Positions 8,130 to 17,129 of a stretch of DNA of 34,713 nt are shown here, in pieces. Origin of the DNA: a virus (Duplodnaviria; Caudoviricetes). The notes below the pieces were generated by a model. The model saw only the letters and a list, made by a program, of their open reading frames with translations. It ran no database searches and was not told the DNA's origin. Position 1 is the first letter of the stretch. Every line of letters starts with the position of its first letter. The translations under genes were made by a program, and so were the position numbers. Where the stretch lies: positions 1 to 34,713 of the IMG/VR virus record IMGVR_UViG_3300009488_000043. One strand, given 5' to 3'.

Positions 8130-9223
8130 TGCGTCGCTGTCTCCAGGTCGATCGTCTCATTGCCGTCCGCGTCCAGCGCGACGGTCACGGCGATGAACTT
8201 ATGCGTCCTCTCGATGCCGAACGCCCGCGCCGTCACCAAGTCGCCCAATTCGTAATGACCGCCCGCCGCCACGGCGCCATAGAGGCAGGCTTCTGTCTGT
8301 ACCACGTCGAAGCCAAACTCATCACGCGCCTGTAATTCATCTAGTCGCTTATCACCTGCTGCGTTGTAGCCTGCCGTCGTCGAATACCCGCGCGCATCTA
8401 CGAATACTTCCACATCGTTACCGGCGGCATAGTCATCGCCGGTGCGAATCACTATATCACGACTACTGCCCTCGCCCTGCCCGCCGACTATGGCCGCTGT
8501 CTTCTCGCCGATGCGATTGTGGCGATAATATGGATTTGCCAGGTTGCCATATCCCAGCGCAAACGTCACAGTCGCGCTTCTGTCCGTCCCTCGCTGGCCG
8601 GTGTACCAGCGGAACTCCCAGGCCTGTGCTGCTGTCTTGATGAGATCGAAGTCCCCGCCGGCCACCAGTGCCAGCGCCCGCAATTCTGTGAGTAGGTTCT
8701 TCCACGCGCAATTCCAGTCGAGCGTGCTACCGTTTGCGCCGTCGGCCTGGATGCTCAATCCCGTGATCGCACCGTCACGCTGTCGCCCGTTGCCGGTAGT
8801 GGCATTGGCGCAGGCATTATAATCCACCAGCGTCTTCATTATCGTTTCAGCGGGGTCGCTGGTAAATTTGGTACGATTGGCAGTACTAGCATACCAGGCT
8901 GCGATGCGCGTACCGAGAAGCCACATCTGGCCGGGGCAATTGGCAGTGAAGACGCCCCGGTCAGTGTAGGCGTGGTGCTGGTCGAGATAGAGACCATAAA
9001 AATCACAGTACCAGTCGATGCCCAGGTCTTGGTTACGCCGGTGTACCTCCACCTGGCTGCGGTTCTCCAGCAGCGCCACCGCCGCGTGATCTTCACTCAT
9101 CTTGAACGTGAGCATGCCGGGCGCGTTGACTCGCTTCGTGTAACTCAGTTCCGAGAAGTCGGTCACTTCGGCGATCAATGCGCCGGCGGCGGAATGGAGG
9201 CGGAGTTTGTAGGATGCGGTCAT
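8126..9223 (-). CDS. siphovirus minor tail / hub protein (ReqiPepy6 Gp37-like)
   Basis: LSYTKRVNAPGMLTF N-terminus, AIVGGQGEGSSR, EVFVDAR, YELGDLVT; tail-tip synteny. Confidence 0.85.
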   Translation of the reverse strand: MTASYKLRLHSAAGALIAEVTDFSELSYTKRVNAPGMLTFKMSEDHAAVALLENRSQVEVHRRNQDLGIDWYCDFYGLYLDQHHAYTDRGVFTANCPGQMWLLGTRIAAWYASTANRTKFTSDPAETIMKTLVDYNACANATTGNGRQRDGAITGLSIQADGANGSTLDWNCAWKNLLTELRALALVAGGDFDLIKTAAQAWEFRWYTGQRGTDRSATVTFALGYGNLANPYYRHNRIGEKTAAIVGGQGEGSSRDIVIRTGDDYAAGNDVEVFVDARGYSTTAGYNAAGDKRLDELQARDEFGFDVVQTEACLYGAVAAGGHYELGDLVTARAFGIERTHKFIAVTVALDADGNETIDLETATQ

Positions 9224-9225
9224 TA

Positions 9226-10296
9226 TTACTCAGGGCCGATGGCAAGCCAGAAGAAATCCAAGGAAGTATAGGTGGCGCTAGCAGCATCTTGCCAGTAGAT
9301 AGTCAAGCCACTTGTACCTGTAGTCATAACTATACATATAGCCCGCGAGTCAATGTAATAATGGGTTGCAAAGACTAGCGGATCATAACTAAATGCTACT
9401 GGAAATGTAACTGCAATATATCCCGAAGAGGCCGCCCCGCCGGTCCATCGAATACAACCGGCCTGCATTCTCACGGCTCCAGGTGTATAGGTCGTCGTAC
9501 CATGAAGTAGCCACCCGGTAGCCTCGCCGCCCTGCCGCCGGTAGAACTGTGGCACACGGTTGCCCGCTTTCGTGTCATCTACTGAGTCGGCGGACAAGTG
9601 CGCCAGGTCAATCGAACCATCCACATATTGATCGCTATCTACTGAGTTTGGCGACATGTGCGCCAGGTCTACCGCGCCAGTGACAATATGCTCAGAGTCT
9701 ACTGCATCATCCTCAATCTTCGTACCGTCCACGATGTCGGCAGCCAGGTGCACCTTGTCAATTGAACCGTCAACGTAGTGCTGGCTGTCCACCGCGTCGT
9801 CGTCCAGCATGTCGCCATCAACGGCAATATTCGGATGCAAGAACTCCCGCTCGTCCGTCAAAGTGATGTTACCGCCGGTCGTGATGCTGACCTGGTAGAG
9901 CTTATTGTCCCAGGTCGTGCCGTCGGTTTGCACGATGGCGGGAGCACCCGCACCTTCTGTGCCAGCGATGCGCGTTATCCGCGTAGTCTGCGCCGCCCAG
10001 CCTGCACGCAGCACCAGGCGGTCGATGCGCGTGTTGCCGGAGGGTGTGGGGATGGCAGTGTCCTTGCTGGTAGTATTCCAGTAGGGAAAGCCATGCACAT
10101 TGGCTGCGCCAGTATTCGTCGCTACTGGCGAAGTTGCACCAGTTGTTACAAGTTCATTGAGATAGTCTTTGTGCACGCCTTCATCATCATCGCCAATGAA
10201 GGTTTGGCGTAGCCAGCGGATGACCTCTGCTTGTGTATAAGCGGTTGCACCGTCACCGGTTGCGCCCGTAGTCCACATCAAAGATTTTTCAGCGAT
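9226..10296 (-). CDS. upper baseplate / short tail fibre protein; apparent ATC start (alternatives TTG 10281, ATG 10278)
   Basis: RIDRLVLR and ITLTDER BppU-like N-domain; DGSIDxxHL / DSVD repeats; C-terminal VTFPVAFS...FWLAIG fibre-tip motif. Confidence 0.8.
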   Translation of the reverse strand: MAEKSLMWTTGATGDGATAYTQAEVIRWLRQTFIGDDDEGVHKDYLNELVTTGATSPVATNTGAANVHGFPYWNTTSKDTAIPTPSGNTRIDRLVLRAGWAAQTTRITRIAGTEGAGAPAIVQTDGTTWDNKLYQVSITTGGNITLTDEREFLHPNIAVDGDMLDDDAVDSQHYVDGSIDKVHLAADIVDGTKIEDDAVDSEHIVTGAVDLAHMSPNSVDSDQYVDGSIDLAHLSADSVDDTKAGNRVPQFYRRQGGEATGWLLHGTTTYTPGAVRMQAGCIRWTGGAASSGYIAVTFPVAFSYDPLVFATHYYIDSRAICIVMTTGTSGLTIYWQDAASATYTSLDFFWLAIGPE

Positions 10297-10325
10297 TTGC
10301 TAATCCTCCCCACCCGTGGTATAAT
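10297..10325 (+). promoter_or_regulatory. sigma70-type promoter for the GIY-YIG gene
   Basis: TTGCTA (10297-10302), 17-nt spacer, TATAAT (10320-10325) with TGn extension. Confidence 0.65.
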
Positions 10326-10351
10326 ATGGACATCCTATATCTATGGAGGCT

Positions 10352-11020
10352 ATGATGAAGATGTCAGACCCAGGTGTATACATGATCCTAAACATTGTCA
10401 ATGGTACACGTTATGTAGGTGGAACTCCCAGAAGCCTTGGGCGCAGATGGGCCGAACACAAGTGTAAACTTCGCAAGGGTACAAATGGCAATCCCTCGCT
10501 CCAACAGGATTGGGATGAATACAGTGAAGACGCTTTTTGCTTTGTGATGATCGAGAATGTTTTTGAAGATGTCCATGAACGTGAGCAATATTGGATAGAT
10601 AGGTTCAAAGAGAATGGCATACCTCTCTATAATCGCTGCCCAAGCGCCTTTAGCCATGCAGGACTGATTATGCCCGCTGAATCGGTTGAGCGCGGTGCTA
10701 GGAATAATTCTAGGACAAGAGCGGCATGGTCCAAAGAGCGTCAGCGCCAGTTTTCTGAAACGCTCAAAAGGGCTTGGACGCCAACGCGTCGGGCGAGAAA
10801 GAGCAAACAGATCAAGCAATCTTGGGAGGTTGATCGTCAGCGCATGATTGGCAAGCGCCGCTATTATGGCCCTTACTCTTTTCGTTCCCCATCTGGTGAG
10901 ATTGTCGAAGTTGAACATCTCTCTAACTTTTGCTCCCAATATGACCTAGACCCCAGCGCAATGGTAAAAGTTCATCGCGGTATACGCCCATCTCATAAAA
11001 AGTGGACTAAGACCCCTTAA
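10352..11020 (+). CDS. GIY-YIG homing endonuclease inserted antisense in the tail module
   Basis: GVYMILNIVNGTRYVG...RRWAEH...LQQDWDEY...EREQYWID...LYN; basic C-terminal DNA-binding region; lower GC; GGAGG RBS (start 10352 or 10355). Confidence 0.9.
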   Translation: MMKMSDPGVYMILNIVNGTRYVGGTPRSLGRRWAEHKCKLRKGTNGNPSLQQDWDEYSEDAFCFVMIENVFEDVHEREQYWIDRFKENGIPLYNRCPSAFSHAGLIMPAESVERGARNNSRTRAAWSKERQRQFSETLKRAWTPTRRARKSKQIKQSWEVDRQRMIGKRRYYGPYSFRSPSGEIVEVEHLSNFCSQYDLDPSAMVKVHRGIRPSHKKWTKTP

Positions 11021-11907
11021 ATTCCTACAAACTTATCGAACCAATGAATGTAAACTTGAGTCGCTGCCGTCACCGACGAACCACTCACCTGGACACCGTT
11101 CAGGCCTCCCGTCACATCTGGGTCTGCTCCCAGATGCCAGGTTGCCAGGTCGCTATCGTTCGTCAGGTCAGCAATTTTGTTGGTGTCGCCATCATCCACG
11201 ATGGTCTTGTATCCATAGCGGCAGTCTATGTCGTAGTAAACACCCGCTCCTATCGTGACCCCGTCGAAGTCCAGTTTCTCGTCCGTGGCCAAGTTGGTCA
11301 CGATGGCGTCGGTGATCGGGCCAACGATGCGGATGCGGTAAGGATAGGCTAACCAACGCGCTGCGCCACTGTAATCTATCACTACAGTTTGATCTAACGT
11401 GCTGGCTCCGATATCGAGCGGTATCGCCATCGGTATCTCGAACGCTGCACCACCGCCACCCAGTGCGAACACCACGCTCTTGCCGGTAGGATCGTAGAAT
11501 GCCGGCTTGGCGGCGCTCAGCATCACTCCTACGGCGTGGGTATAGCGCATCTTCTCCCGACTTCCGAGACTCATGTTACCGATGTACTCACAATCCAACT
11601 GGCGCACGTCGCCGTTATCTAACGTGAAGCGCAGTTTGAGTGGGTCGTTCCCCGGCTTAAATAGATTCAGCAACGCCGTGCGCCGCGTCCAATAGTTACT
11701 CGGCGATGTACCCTCGATGAGCAGCGCCAGTTGAACGATGCGTGGATCGCCACGGAAGCCCAGGTCGGTTTCACCGTGTTGCATCGGCCCGCGCTGCCTG
11801 AGCCGGTGCGAGGGCATCATACCTACGCCGTCGTGACTCAGGTGTTGGCAATATGTACCATCGCTCAGGCTGTAGATTATACCGCCGACAATGACGTCTA
11901 AGTCCAT
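11017..11907 (-). CDS. distal tail protein (Dit, siphovirus tail component)
   Basis: Immediately downstream of tape measure; GPMQHGET...PRIVQL, KPAFYDP, IVGPITDAIVTN, GLNGVQV motifs. Confidence 0.85.
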   Translation of the reverse strand: MDLDVIVGGIIYSLSDGTYCQHLSHDGVGMMPSHRLRQRGPMQHGETDLGFRGDPRIVQLALLIEGTSPSNYWTRRTALLNLFKPGNDPLKLRFTLDNGDVRQLDCEYIGNMSLGSREKMRYTHAVGVMLSAAKPAFYDPTGKSVVFALGGGGAAFEIPMAIPLDIGASTLDQTVVIDYSGAARWLAYPYRIRIVGPITDAIVTNLATDEKLDFDGVTIGAGVYYDIDCRYGYKTIVDDGDTNKIADLTNDSDLATWHLGADPDVTGGLNGVQVSGSSVTAATQVYIHWFDKFVGI

Positions 11908-14135
11908 TAGGCTCCTGCCATAAGTTGCATCATTCTCACGTCATCGCGCAGGTGGCGCTCAGACTGGTGAGCGTAGTTAGCGGTAAGATTGATATTTGTA
12001 TCACCGGCTCTATACTGTGCTGCTACCTGTGCCGGTAGGACGGCCTCGCCTCGGTGCAGATAGGCCCAGCCCGTGCGCGGTACATAGTCCGTGCCGTGCT
12101 GATACTCTTCCGCTCCACCGCCAGGCTGCTCCCAAGGCGGCGTACCGGTAGATCTGTAATTAGTGGTGATGTCAATAGTCTTTGGCACGGCGGCGATCGC
12201 TGCGTTTACCTTTTCGAAGGCAGTGATACCTGCCTCTGCGCCCGCCTCCAAGCTAACGCCGATGCCTGCACCAATCTCGTCGGCTGTTGGCCCAAGCCCG
12301 CTGATTTCCTCACCGATGCCAAGAATGGCATTGACCGTATTATCTACCGACTCGCCATCAGCGAAACTATCTAGCGCGCCGTTCATACTCGTCGCTGCTG
12401 CCCAGGTCTCCTCGTCTATGATGCCCATTGCCCGCGCCGTCTCTATTGCCAATTCTGTTTCGGCGCTCGTCCATCCTTCAGTGGCGAGCCGGGCCATCAT
12501 CATGTCATAGACGACTTGATTCATCACGGCGCGGTGTTGAGCGTCCAGGCTTACCAACTCACCTTCTAGGCTTTTCAGCGTCGCCTCTGTCTCTGCTATT
12601 TCATCGTCGTAATCGCCGTGCTGTTTGCCCAGTTCTTTCAATCGCTTCCGAGCCTCGATAAGTTCGTGGCTTATTCTCACTTGCTCCGCCGTGTATTGCT
12701 CGTTAGCCTGGGAGACCGGCCCCTCTAGCGCCTCTGCGAGCATGCCCATCTCGCTGATGTGTGCGTTTACCAGACGGGTCGTGTCCTCTACCCTTTCGCC
12801 TAGTTCTCCCAGCGGCTGGCTCGCCAGTTCCATGCTGGTAGCCCAGCCGTCGGTATAGGTTCGCGCTTCTATTAGTGCCGGTGAGTATTGGCTTGTCCAA
12901 CCATCAGCCAGGTTGCCCGTCTCTACGTACAGATCGCGCGCACTGCCTGCTGCGGCATCCGTGGTCTCTTGCAGATATGCGAGTTCAGGATTCAGTATTG
13001 CACTGACATCTGTAAAGTCTCGCATCGAACCGGCGGCCTGTTCAGAAGTATAGTGCAAATTGCTTATGGCGAGGTAGGCAGCGCCTGCCATTACACCGAG
13101 CGCCGCCAGCGGAATGGCCAGCGCAATGGCCGATGCGGCAGCCCCCGCCATTCCCAGGCCAGATGTAGTTGCCCCTGCCCCCAAGAGTTTCAATGCAAAG
13201 CCAGTATTGGAGGCAAAGCCAGCCAGCGTGGCCACCGAGCTTCCCATTTGAATGATCTTCGGCGTAGCAAGAATGATAGCCCCCGCCGTCCCCGTCACCG
13301 CCGTGCCCAGTCCCAGGAAGGTCGCAATGTTCCTTTGCGTACCTGCATCGAGTTGGGTAAACCAATCTAGCGCATCCCGCGTGGCATCTACTGCACCTTC
13401 CATCGCTGGCAGATATGCCTGCCCTAGAGCATTGGCGGCATCCTGAATGTCGCCCTTCACCGAGCCAAGCTTCTTGCCCACATCGCCCATCGCGTCTTCG
13501 TAGACACCAGAGATGGCCGTACCGGCCTTCATCACCTCGTTGACGCGGGCTTGCATCTTTTCGTTAGATGTCAATTCCGCCGTGGTCTTGCCCAACTGCG
13601 CCGCCATTCTCTTGTAAGCGCCTTGGAAGTCCACGGTGATACCCATCGTGCGCAGGAGAATCGGCTGGCCGCGCTGAATACCGGTGATCAGGCGCTCATA
13701 GGCATCCGAGGAGTTGAGGTTGGCGATGACTGCTGCATCTTGCGCCAGTCGTGCGAGATCTGTAGAGTGAGATAGGTCTATCTCGGCCTGCGCCATCTGG
13801 ATGAGCGCCTGACGGGAAGCGCCGGCGGTGATGCCCGATGCCATGAGGCTGGCTTCAAAGCCGGCCAGTTCAATTGCACTATAGCCAGCATTTCCGCCAA
13901 CCGTCTCGAGGACTGTGCCGAGGACTTGAACACGCGCCGCTGTCATCGCTGCTGTGCCAATGAGCGCTGCGCCGGTAGCACCCAGTGCCGCCAAGCCAAC
14001 GCCAAGCGGCTGGAGGGCCTGGGCGGCATTGTTCGCATCTTTCCCTAACGTGCCCAGCGAACTGCCGACCGTCTTAAGGTTGGCGCTGGCCTGGTCTATC
14101 GCTTTGATGATGATGTCGAGGCTATAAGTCGTCAC
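11907..14135 (-). CDS. tape measure protein (742 aa)
   Basis: IIIKAIDQAS N-terminus; Ala/Gly-rich helical body with hydrophobic segments; C-terminal YQHGTDYVPRTGWAYLHRGEAVLP; synteny. Confidence 0.92.
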   Translation of the reverse strand: MTTYSLDIIIKAIDQASANLKTVGSSLGTLGKDANNAAQALQPLGVGLAALGATGAALIGTAAMTAARVQVLGTVLETVGGNAGYSAIELAGFEASLMASGITAGASRQALIQMAQAEIDLSHSTDLARLAQDAAVIANLNSSDAYERLITGIQRGQPILLRTMGITVDFQGAYKRMAAQLGKTTAELTSNEKMQARVNEVMKAGTAISGVYEDAMGDVGKKLGSVKGDIQDAANALGQAYLPAMEGAVDATRDALDWFTQLDAGTQRNIATFLGLGTAVTGTAGAIILATPKIIQMGSSVATLAGFASNTGFALKLLGAGATTSGLGMAGAAASAIALAIPLAALGVMAGAAYLAISNLHYTSEQAAGSMRDFTDVSAILNPELAYLQETTDAAAGSARDLYVETGNLADGWTSQYSPALIEARTYTDGWATSMELASQPLGELGERVEDTTRLVNAHISEMGMLAEALEGPVSQANEQYTAEQVRISHELIEARKRLKELGKQHGDYDDEIAETEATLKSLEGELVSLDAQHRAVMNQVVYDMMMARLATEGWTSAETELAIETARAMGIIDEETWAAATSMNGALDSFADGESVDNTVNAILGIGEEISGLGPTADEIGAGIGVSLEAGAEAGITAFEKVNAAIAAVPKTIDITTNYRSTGTPPWEQPGGGAEEYQHGTDYVPRTGWAYLHRGEAVLPAQVAAQYRAGDTNINLTANYAHQSERHLRDDVRMMQLMAGA

Positions 14136-14424
14136 TCAATTTCATCCACTGTTGCGTGATCTTCCAATAGTGCCGATGCGTGCGCTGCCACTGGCCGACT
14201 CTACCACCTATGCCGTCGTAGAACATCCTGCGCCAAGAGGAGACGGCGTCATATACCGTCTCTGCCGCCTCCATTCGCTCAATATCACCGGCCAACTGGT
14301 CGCGCAATGCACCGGGCTCAGGTAGAGCACGGTATCTATTGCAACGCCAGGCGTCGATCAATTCCCTCGGCGGCGGGCAATTGTCATCTTTCGCACAGTC
14401 ACCCGCCGCGAGGATTAGTTTTTT
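14122..14424 (-). CDS. tail assembly chaperone C-terminal extension (gpGT-like), reached by -1 frameshift
   Basis: The -1 frame from the slippery site reads KLILAAGDCAKDDNCPPPRELIDAWRC...LPEPGALRDQ and runs into track ORF 14122..14361. Confidence 0.75.
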   Translation of the reverse strand, partial: KKLILAAGDCAKDDNCPPPRELIDAWRCNRYRALPEPGALRDQLAGDIERMEAAETVYDAVSSWRRMFYDGIGGRVGQWQRTHRHYWKITQQWMKLSDDL

Positions 14425-14427
14425 GGG
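14364..14427 (-). other. programmed -1 frameshift signal (slippery site plus 3' stem-loop)
   Basis: C CCA AAA AAC TAA (A AAA AAC at 14424-14418) followed 4 nt later by stem CCTCGCGGCGGG...CCCGCCGCCGAGG. Confidence 0.8.
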
Positions 14428-14756
14428 ATGTAGAGCTTGGATAGAACGTAGACGCTGACCTGACTACCGACCCACATCACGATCTGGAGCGCCGCGCCGT
14501 GCACGTCCTCCAGGTCGGCGGGTGATAACTGCTGCGGATCTGGAAGTGCCTTACACTGCCAATCCTCGACGAGTTTCAAGGCGCCCGCCCAATTTATCGA
14601 CGGTGCAAACTGTGCACCCGCCGCTCTCGCTGCATCGCGCCCTATCTCGTATTGTTCGACGTGGCGCAGACGAAACGGTTCAGGTAGAGTGAAGCGGCAG
14701 TCTAATGCCTCGTTGTAGAACTCGCCTGGCTTCAACGCTTTTGACTTATCGGCCAC
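14415..14756 (-). CDS. tail assembly chaperone (gpG-like)
   Basis: Between tail tube and tape measure; ends ...YIPKN on a slippery sequence. Confidence 0.85.
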   Translation of the reverse strand: MADKSKALKPGEFYNEALDCRFTLPEPFRLRHVEQYEIGRDAARAAGAQFAPSINWAGALKLVEDWQCKALPDPQQLSPADLEDVHGAALQIVMWVGSQVSVYVLSKLYIPKN

Positions 14757-15205
14757 TACGCCACCGCCGACTTGGTAACCTTCGGTGTCTCCAGCACGAT
14801 GTCGACCATCACGGGCTCGCCACTTTCCCCTTCGCCACCTGGGTACAGCGGATTCTTGATCACGCCTGTATCTGTGGTGTACAGGAACTCCGCCGAGTCG
14901 CCACCTTTTGGAGACCAGCGCAGATAGTAATCGCTGCCCGCCTCGTAGATAGCGCGGATGACCTCGGTCGGCCCGGCTGCGCCCTCGGTGTACGCAACGC
15001 TCACCGTGACAGTCAGCGGCCCGCGCTTGGCGCTGCGCAGGATAGCCGTATCACCATCAAAAGTGTACTTGACGCCGGTTGCTCGTTCGCCGCCGTCTAC
15101 GGCCACGCTGGTCGCAAAGCCACTAAAATCTGTCCAGTTAGAGTTGTCGGGCGAGCCTTCAACTTTGCAATCTCCAAAACCAATTCCTGCTGTTGTCTGT
15201 GCCAT
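14756..15205 (-). CDS. major tail (tube) protein
   Basis: 149 aa acidic beta-rich protein, LRWSPKGG motif, strong AGGAGG RBS, upstream of the chaperones. Confidence 0.8.
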   Translation of the reverse strand: MAQTTAGIGFGDCKVEGSPDNSNWTDFSGFATSVAVDGGERATGVKYTFDGDTAILRSAKRGPLTVTVSVAYTEGAAGPTEVIRAIYEAGSDYYLRWSPKGGDSAEFLYTTDTGVIKNPLYPGGEGESGEPVMVDIVLETPKVTKSAVA

Positions 15206-15215
15206 GTTCTACCTC

Positions 15216-15545
15216 CTATCTCAGTTTGAACGCGCCGACGGTGATGCTCGTCTCGCTGCTGTACGTCACGACCACCCGTCCCGTGCTGGCGTTGAATATC
15301 GCCGGATCGAACGGCCCAACCAATTTATCGCCGGTCGTGGCCGGGATAGTGACGGTGATCTCGGCAATATCGATGCCTTCGATCTTGGCGGGCGTCTCGA
15401 CGGTCAGGGTGATCTCTGAACCGGCGTTTTTGATTTGCAGGAACGTATCGCCGGTGTTTGCGAACTCGTCACCAGCCGCCGCTGCCGCCGTCAGGCTGGG
15501 CGTAATACCCGCCAGACTAATGTTCTGTACTGTCAGTGTCGCCAT
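15216..15545 (-). CDS. small virion structural protein
   Basis: AGGAGG RBS; MATLTVQ...GDEFANTG...VGPF beta-sandwich-like; tail operon. Confidence 0.75.
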   Translation of the reverse strand: MATLTVQNISLAGITPSLTAAAAAGDEFANTGDTFLQIKNAGSEITLTVETPAKIEGIDIAEITVTIPATTGDKLVGPFDPAIFNASTGRVVVTYSSETSITVGAFKLR

Positions 15546-15720
15546 GCTGTTTTACCTCCTGTTTCTTGCGCTTAGTTTCTACTGGCTCAATCACGCCTTG
15601 CGCTATGAGCCGGTCGATTTGAAATTCGGCCAGATGGGTCATCGTTACATTCTGGCCGGCGTCGTAGTAGCACTCATCGCCGGTGTGCCAGATGCGCGCC
15701 AGCACTCTGTATTTATCCAC
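15517..15720 (-). CDS. small hypothetical protein (67 aa)
   Basis: GGAGGTG RBS plus GTG start; LIAQGVIEPV plus basic tail, common in head-tail regions. Confidence 0.7.
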   Translation of the reverse strand: MDKYRVLARIWHTGDECYYDAGQNVTMTHLAEFQIDRLIAQGVIEPVETKRKKQEVKQHGDTDSTEH

Positions 15721-16138
15721 TACTCATCACCTCCATTGCCAGGCTGGTCACCTCCATCCAGTACGGGACGCCGCCGATGTCAACCGGCAACGCCGTGCTG
15801 GGTTCTGAGTACGACAAGCTCTGCCAGATTGCGTTGCAACCGTTGGCCTCCACCGCCTCGTAGAGTTGACGCGCCACGTCGTCCAGTGTGTCCTCCGCCG
15901 TGGCTTCTGTGATGCCTGTTCCTGAGCGCCGGACATATACGATGATGTCGAAGCCATAGGTTGCGCGGTTGCCCCGGAAACTCATCGCCGTCGACATCGT
16001 GCTCAGGCTGTGGACGCACAACACCGGCGACTGCCCGCCTGGGTCTGATTTGAAATAGCCGTTGACCTCCTCGCAGGAGGTCATCGCCGCTTTCAATACC
16101 GCCACCAGTGTCTCGCGTGCCGCTTTGCGCGTCGCCAT
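15713..16138 (-). CDS. tail terminator / completion protein
   Basis: MATRKAARETL..., AEDTLDDVARQL; synteny upstream of tail tube. Confidence 0.7.
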   Translation of the reverse strand: MATRKAARETLVAVLKAAMTSCEEVNGYFKSDPGGQSPVLCVHSLSTMSTAMSFRGNRATYGFDIIVYVRRSGTGITEATAEDTLDDVARQLYEAVEANGCNAIWQSLSYSEPSTALPVDIGGVPYWMEVTSLAMEVMSSG

Positions 16139-16383
16139 TATGGCAATTCCTTTTTAATTATTCTTATCACCTCGTCAGCTTCGCGCCTGTCGCTCTCCTT
16201 TTCACGCTCTGGCAAATCATCATAGAGCATACTGGCTTGGCGATTCCATCTCTTGGCTGCCCAGGCCGGGATTGTGACAGTGCCATCCTCATTATGGATA
16301 CACTTCTTGAACAGGTATTGCATCCACCCTGACCACTGTTGGTGCGCCAGCGCCGCCAGCCTCTCTCTTCTACTTACCGCCAT
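16138..16383 (-). CDS. RyR-domain-like small protein
   Basis: ERLAALAHQQW...YDDLPEREKESDR pattern; coupled to both neighbours. Confidence 0.7.
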   Translation of the reverse strand: MAVSRRERLAALAHQQWSGWMQYLFKKCIHNEDGTVTIPAWAAKRWNRQASMLYDDLPEREKESDRREADEVIRIIKKELP

Positions 16384-16788
16384 CTATGGCAACTCCCGTC
16401 TGAATTCACGTATCGCGCCCTTCGCCACCTTCGCGCCATAGGTCTGGACGCTGTAGGCATAGAAGGCCCTGATACCGCTGCGCAGGCCGGGTATCATCCC
16501 GTGGCCGTGGAGGCGTGCACCGTAGACCGCCGGACGCTCTTTGCGCCGTGGCGCTCGTGCACCTGGGTCGATGTAGATGCGCGCCTGCAGCGGCTTATTC
16601 TCTACTCGGTGCGCCGCTCTCAGTGCGCCGTATTCGTGCGGCGTGGACGGTACTACGTGCCGATGCATCGCCAGGCCTGCATATTGGATAGCCCGGCCCA
16701 GTGCATCAGATGGCTTCATCGCCCTAATCATCCGGAGGTTAGCCTGCTGCGCTTTTTGCAGGCCCTTGATTGACAAACTCACACTCAT
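16384..16788 (-). CDS. HK97 gp10-like head-tail / tail completion protein
   Basis: SIKGLQKAQ N-terminus, TPHEYGALRAA motif, basic; synteny. Confidence 0.75.
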   Translation of the reverse strand: MSVSLSIKGLQKAQQANLRMIRAMKPSDALGRAIQYAGLAMHRHVVPSTPHEYGALRAAHRVENKPLQARIYIDPGARAPRRKERPAVYGARLHGHGMIPGLRSGIRAFYAYSVQTYGAKVAKGAIREFRRELP

Positions 16789-17129
16789 AACGTTTGAACC
16801 TCTTCCACGATGACGTGTAATCTGTTGCCGCCCGGCCCGGGCCAGGGGTAGGAGTTGACGCCTACCACCAAGTAGTCGGTACTATCTACCACCAGCACAT
16901 CACCGGTCGAGATGTCCACGCCGTCCTGTACGAACGTCTCATAGACTATACTGGCCGCCTTGGTAGCAAACCGCTCTACCAGTGCCGGATCACTCAACTG
17001 CACCAGCGGATAGCATCTGAGGCTGACTACGTTCTCAGTTGCCGCACCCACCTTGCCGCCAGATAGTGACGGCGACCTCTTGGTGCTGGCCGTAGTTGTG
17101 GCCCGCAGCGTGAACGAGGCGCTGGCCAT
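16785..17129 (-). CDS. head closure / head-tail adaptor
   Basis: Start MASAS at 17129 (TGATG overlap); DISTGDVLVVDSTDYLVVGV motif. Confidence 0.75.
   Translation of the reverse strand: MASASFTLRATTTASTKRSPSLSGGKVGAATENVVSLRCYPLVQLSDPALVERFATKAASIVYETFVQDGVDISTGDVLVVDSTDYLVVGVNSYPWPGPGGNRLHVIVEEVQTL

Noticed and set aside
5109-10296. Diversity-generating retroelement acting on fibre genes
   Set aside because: No reverse transcriptase in the window and no near-identical TR/VR pair differing at adenines was seen
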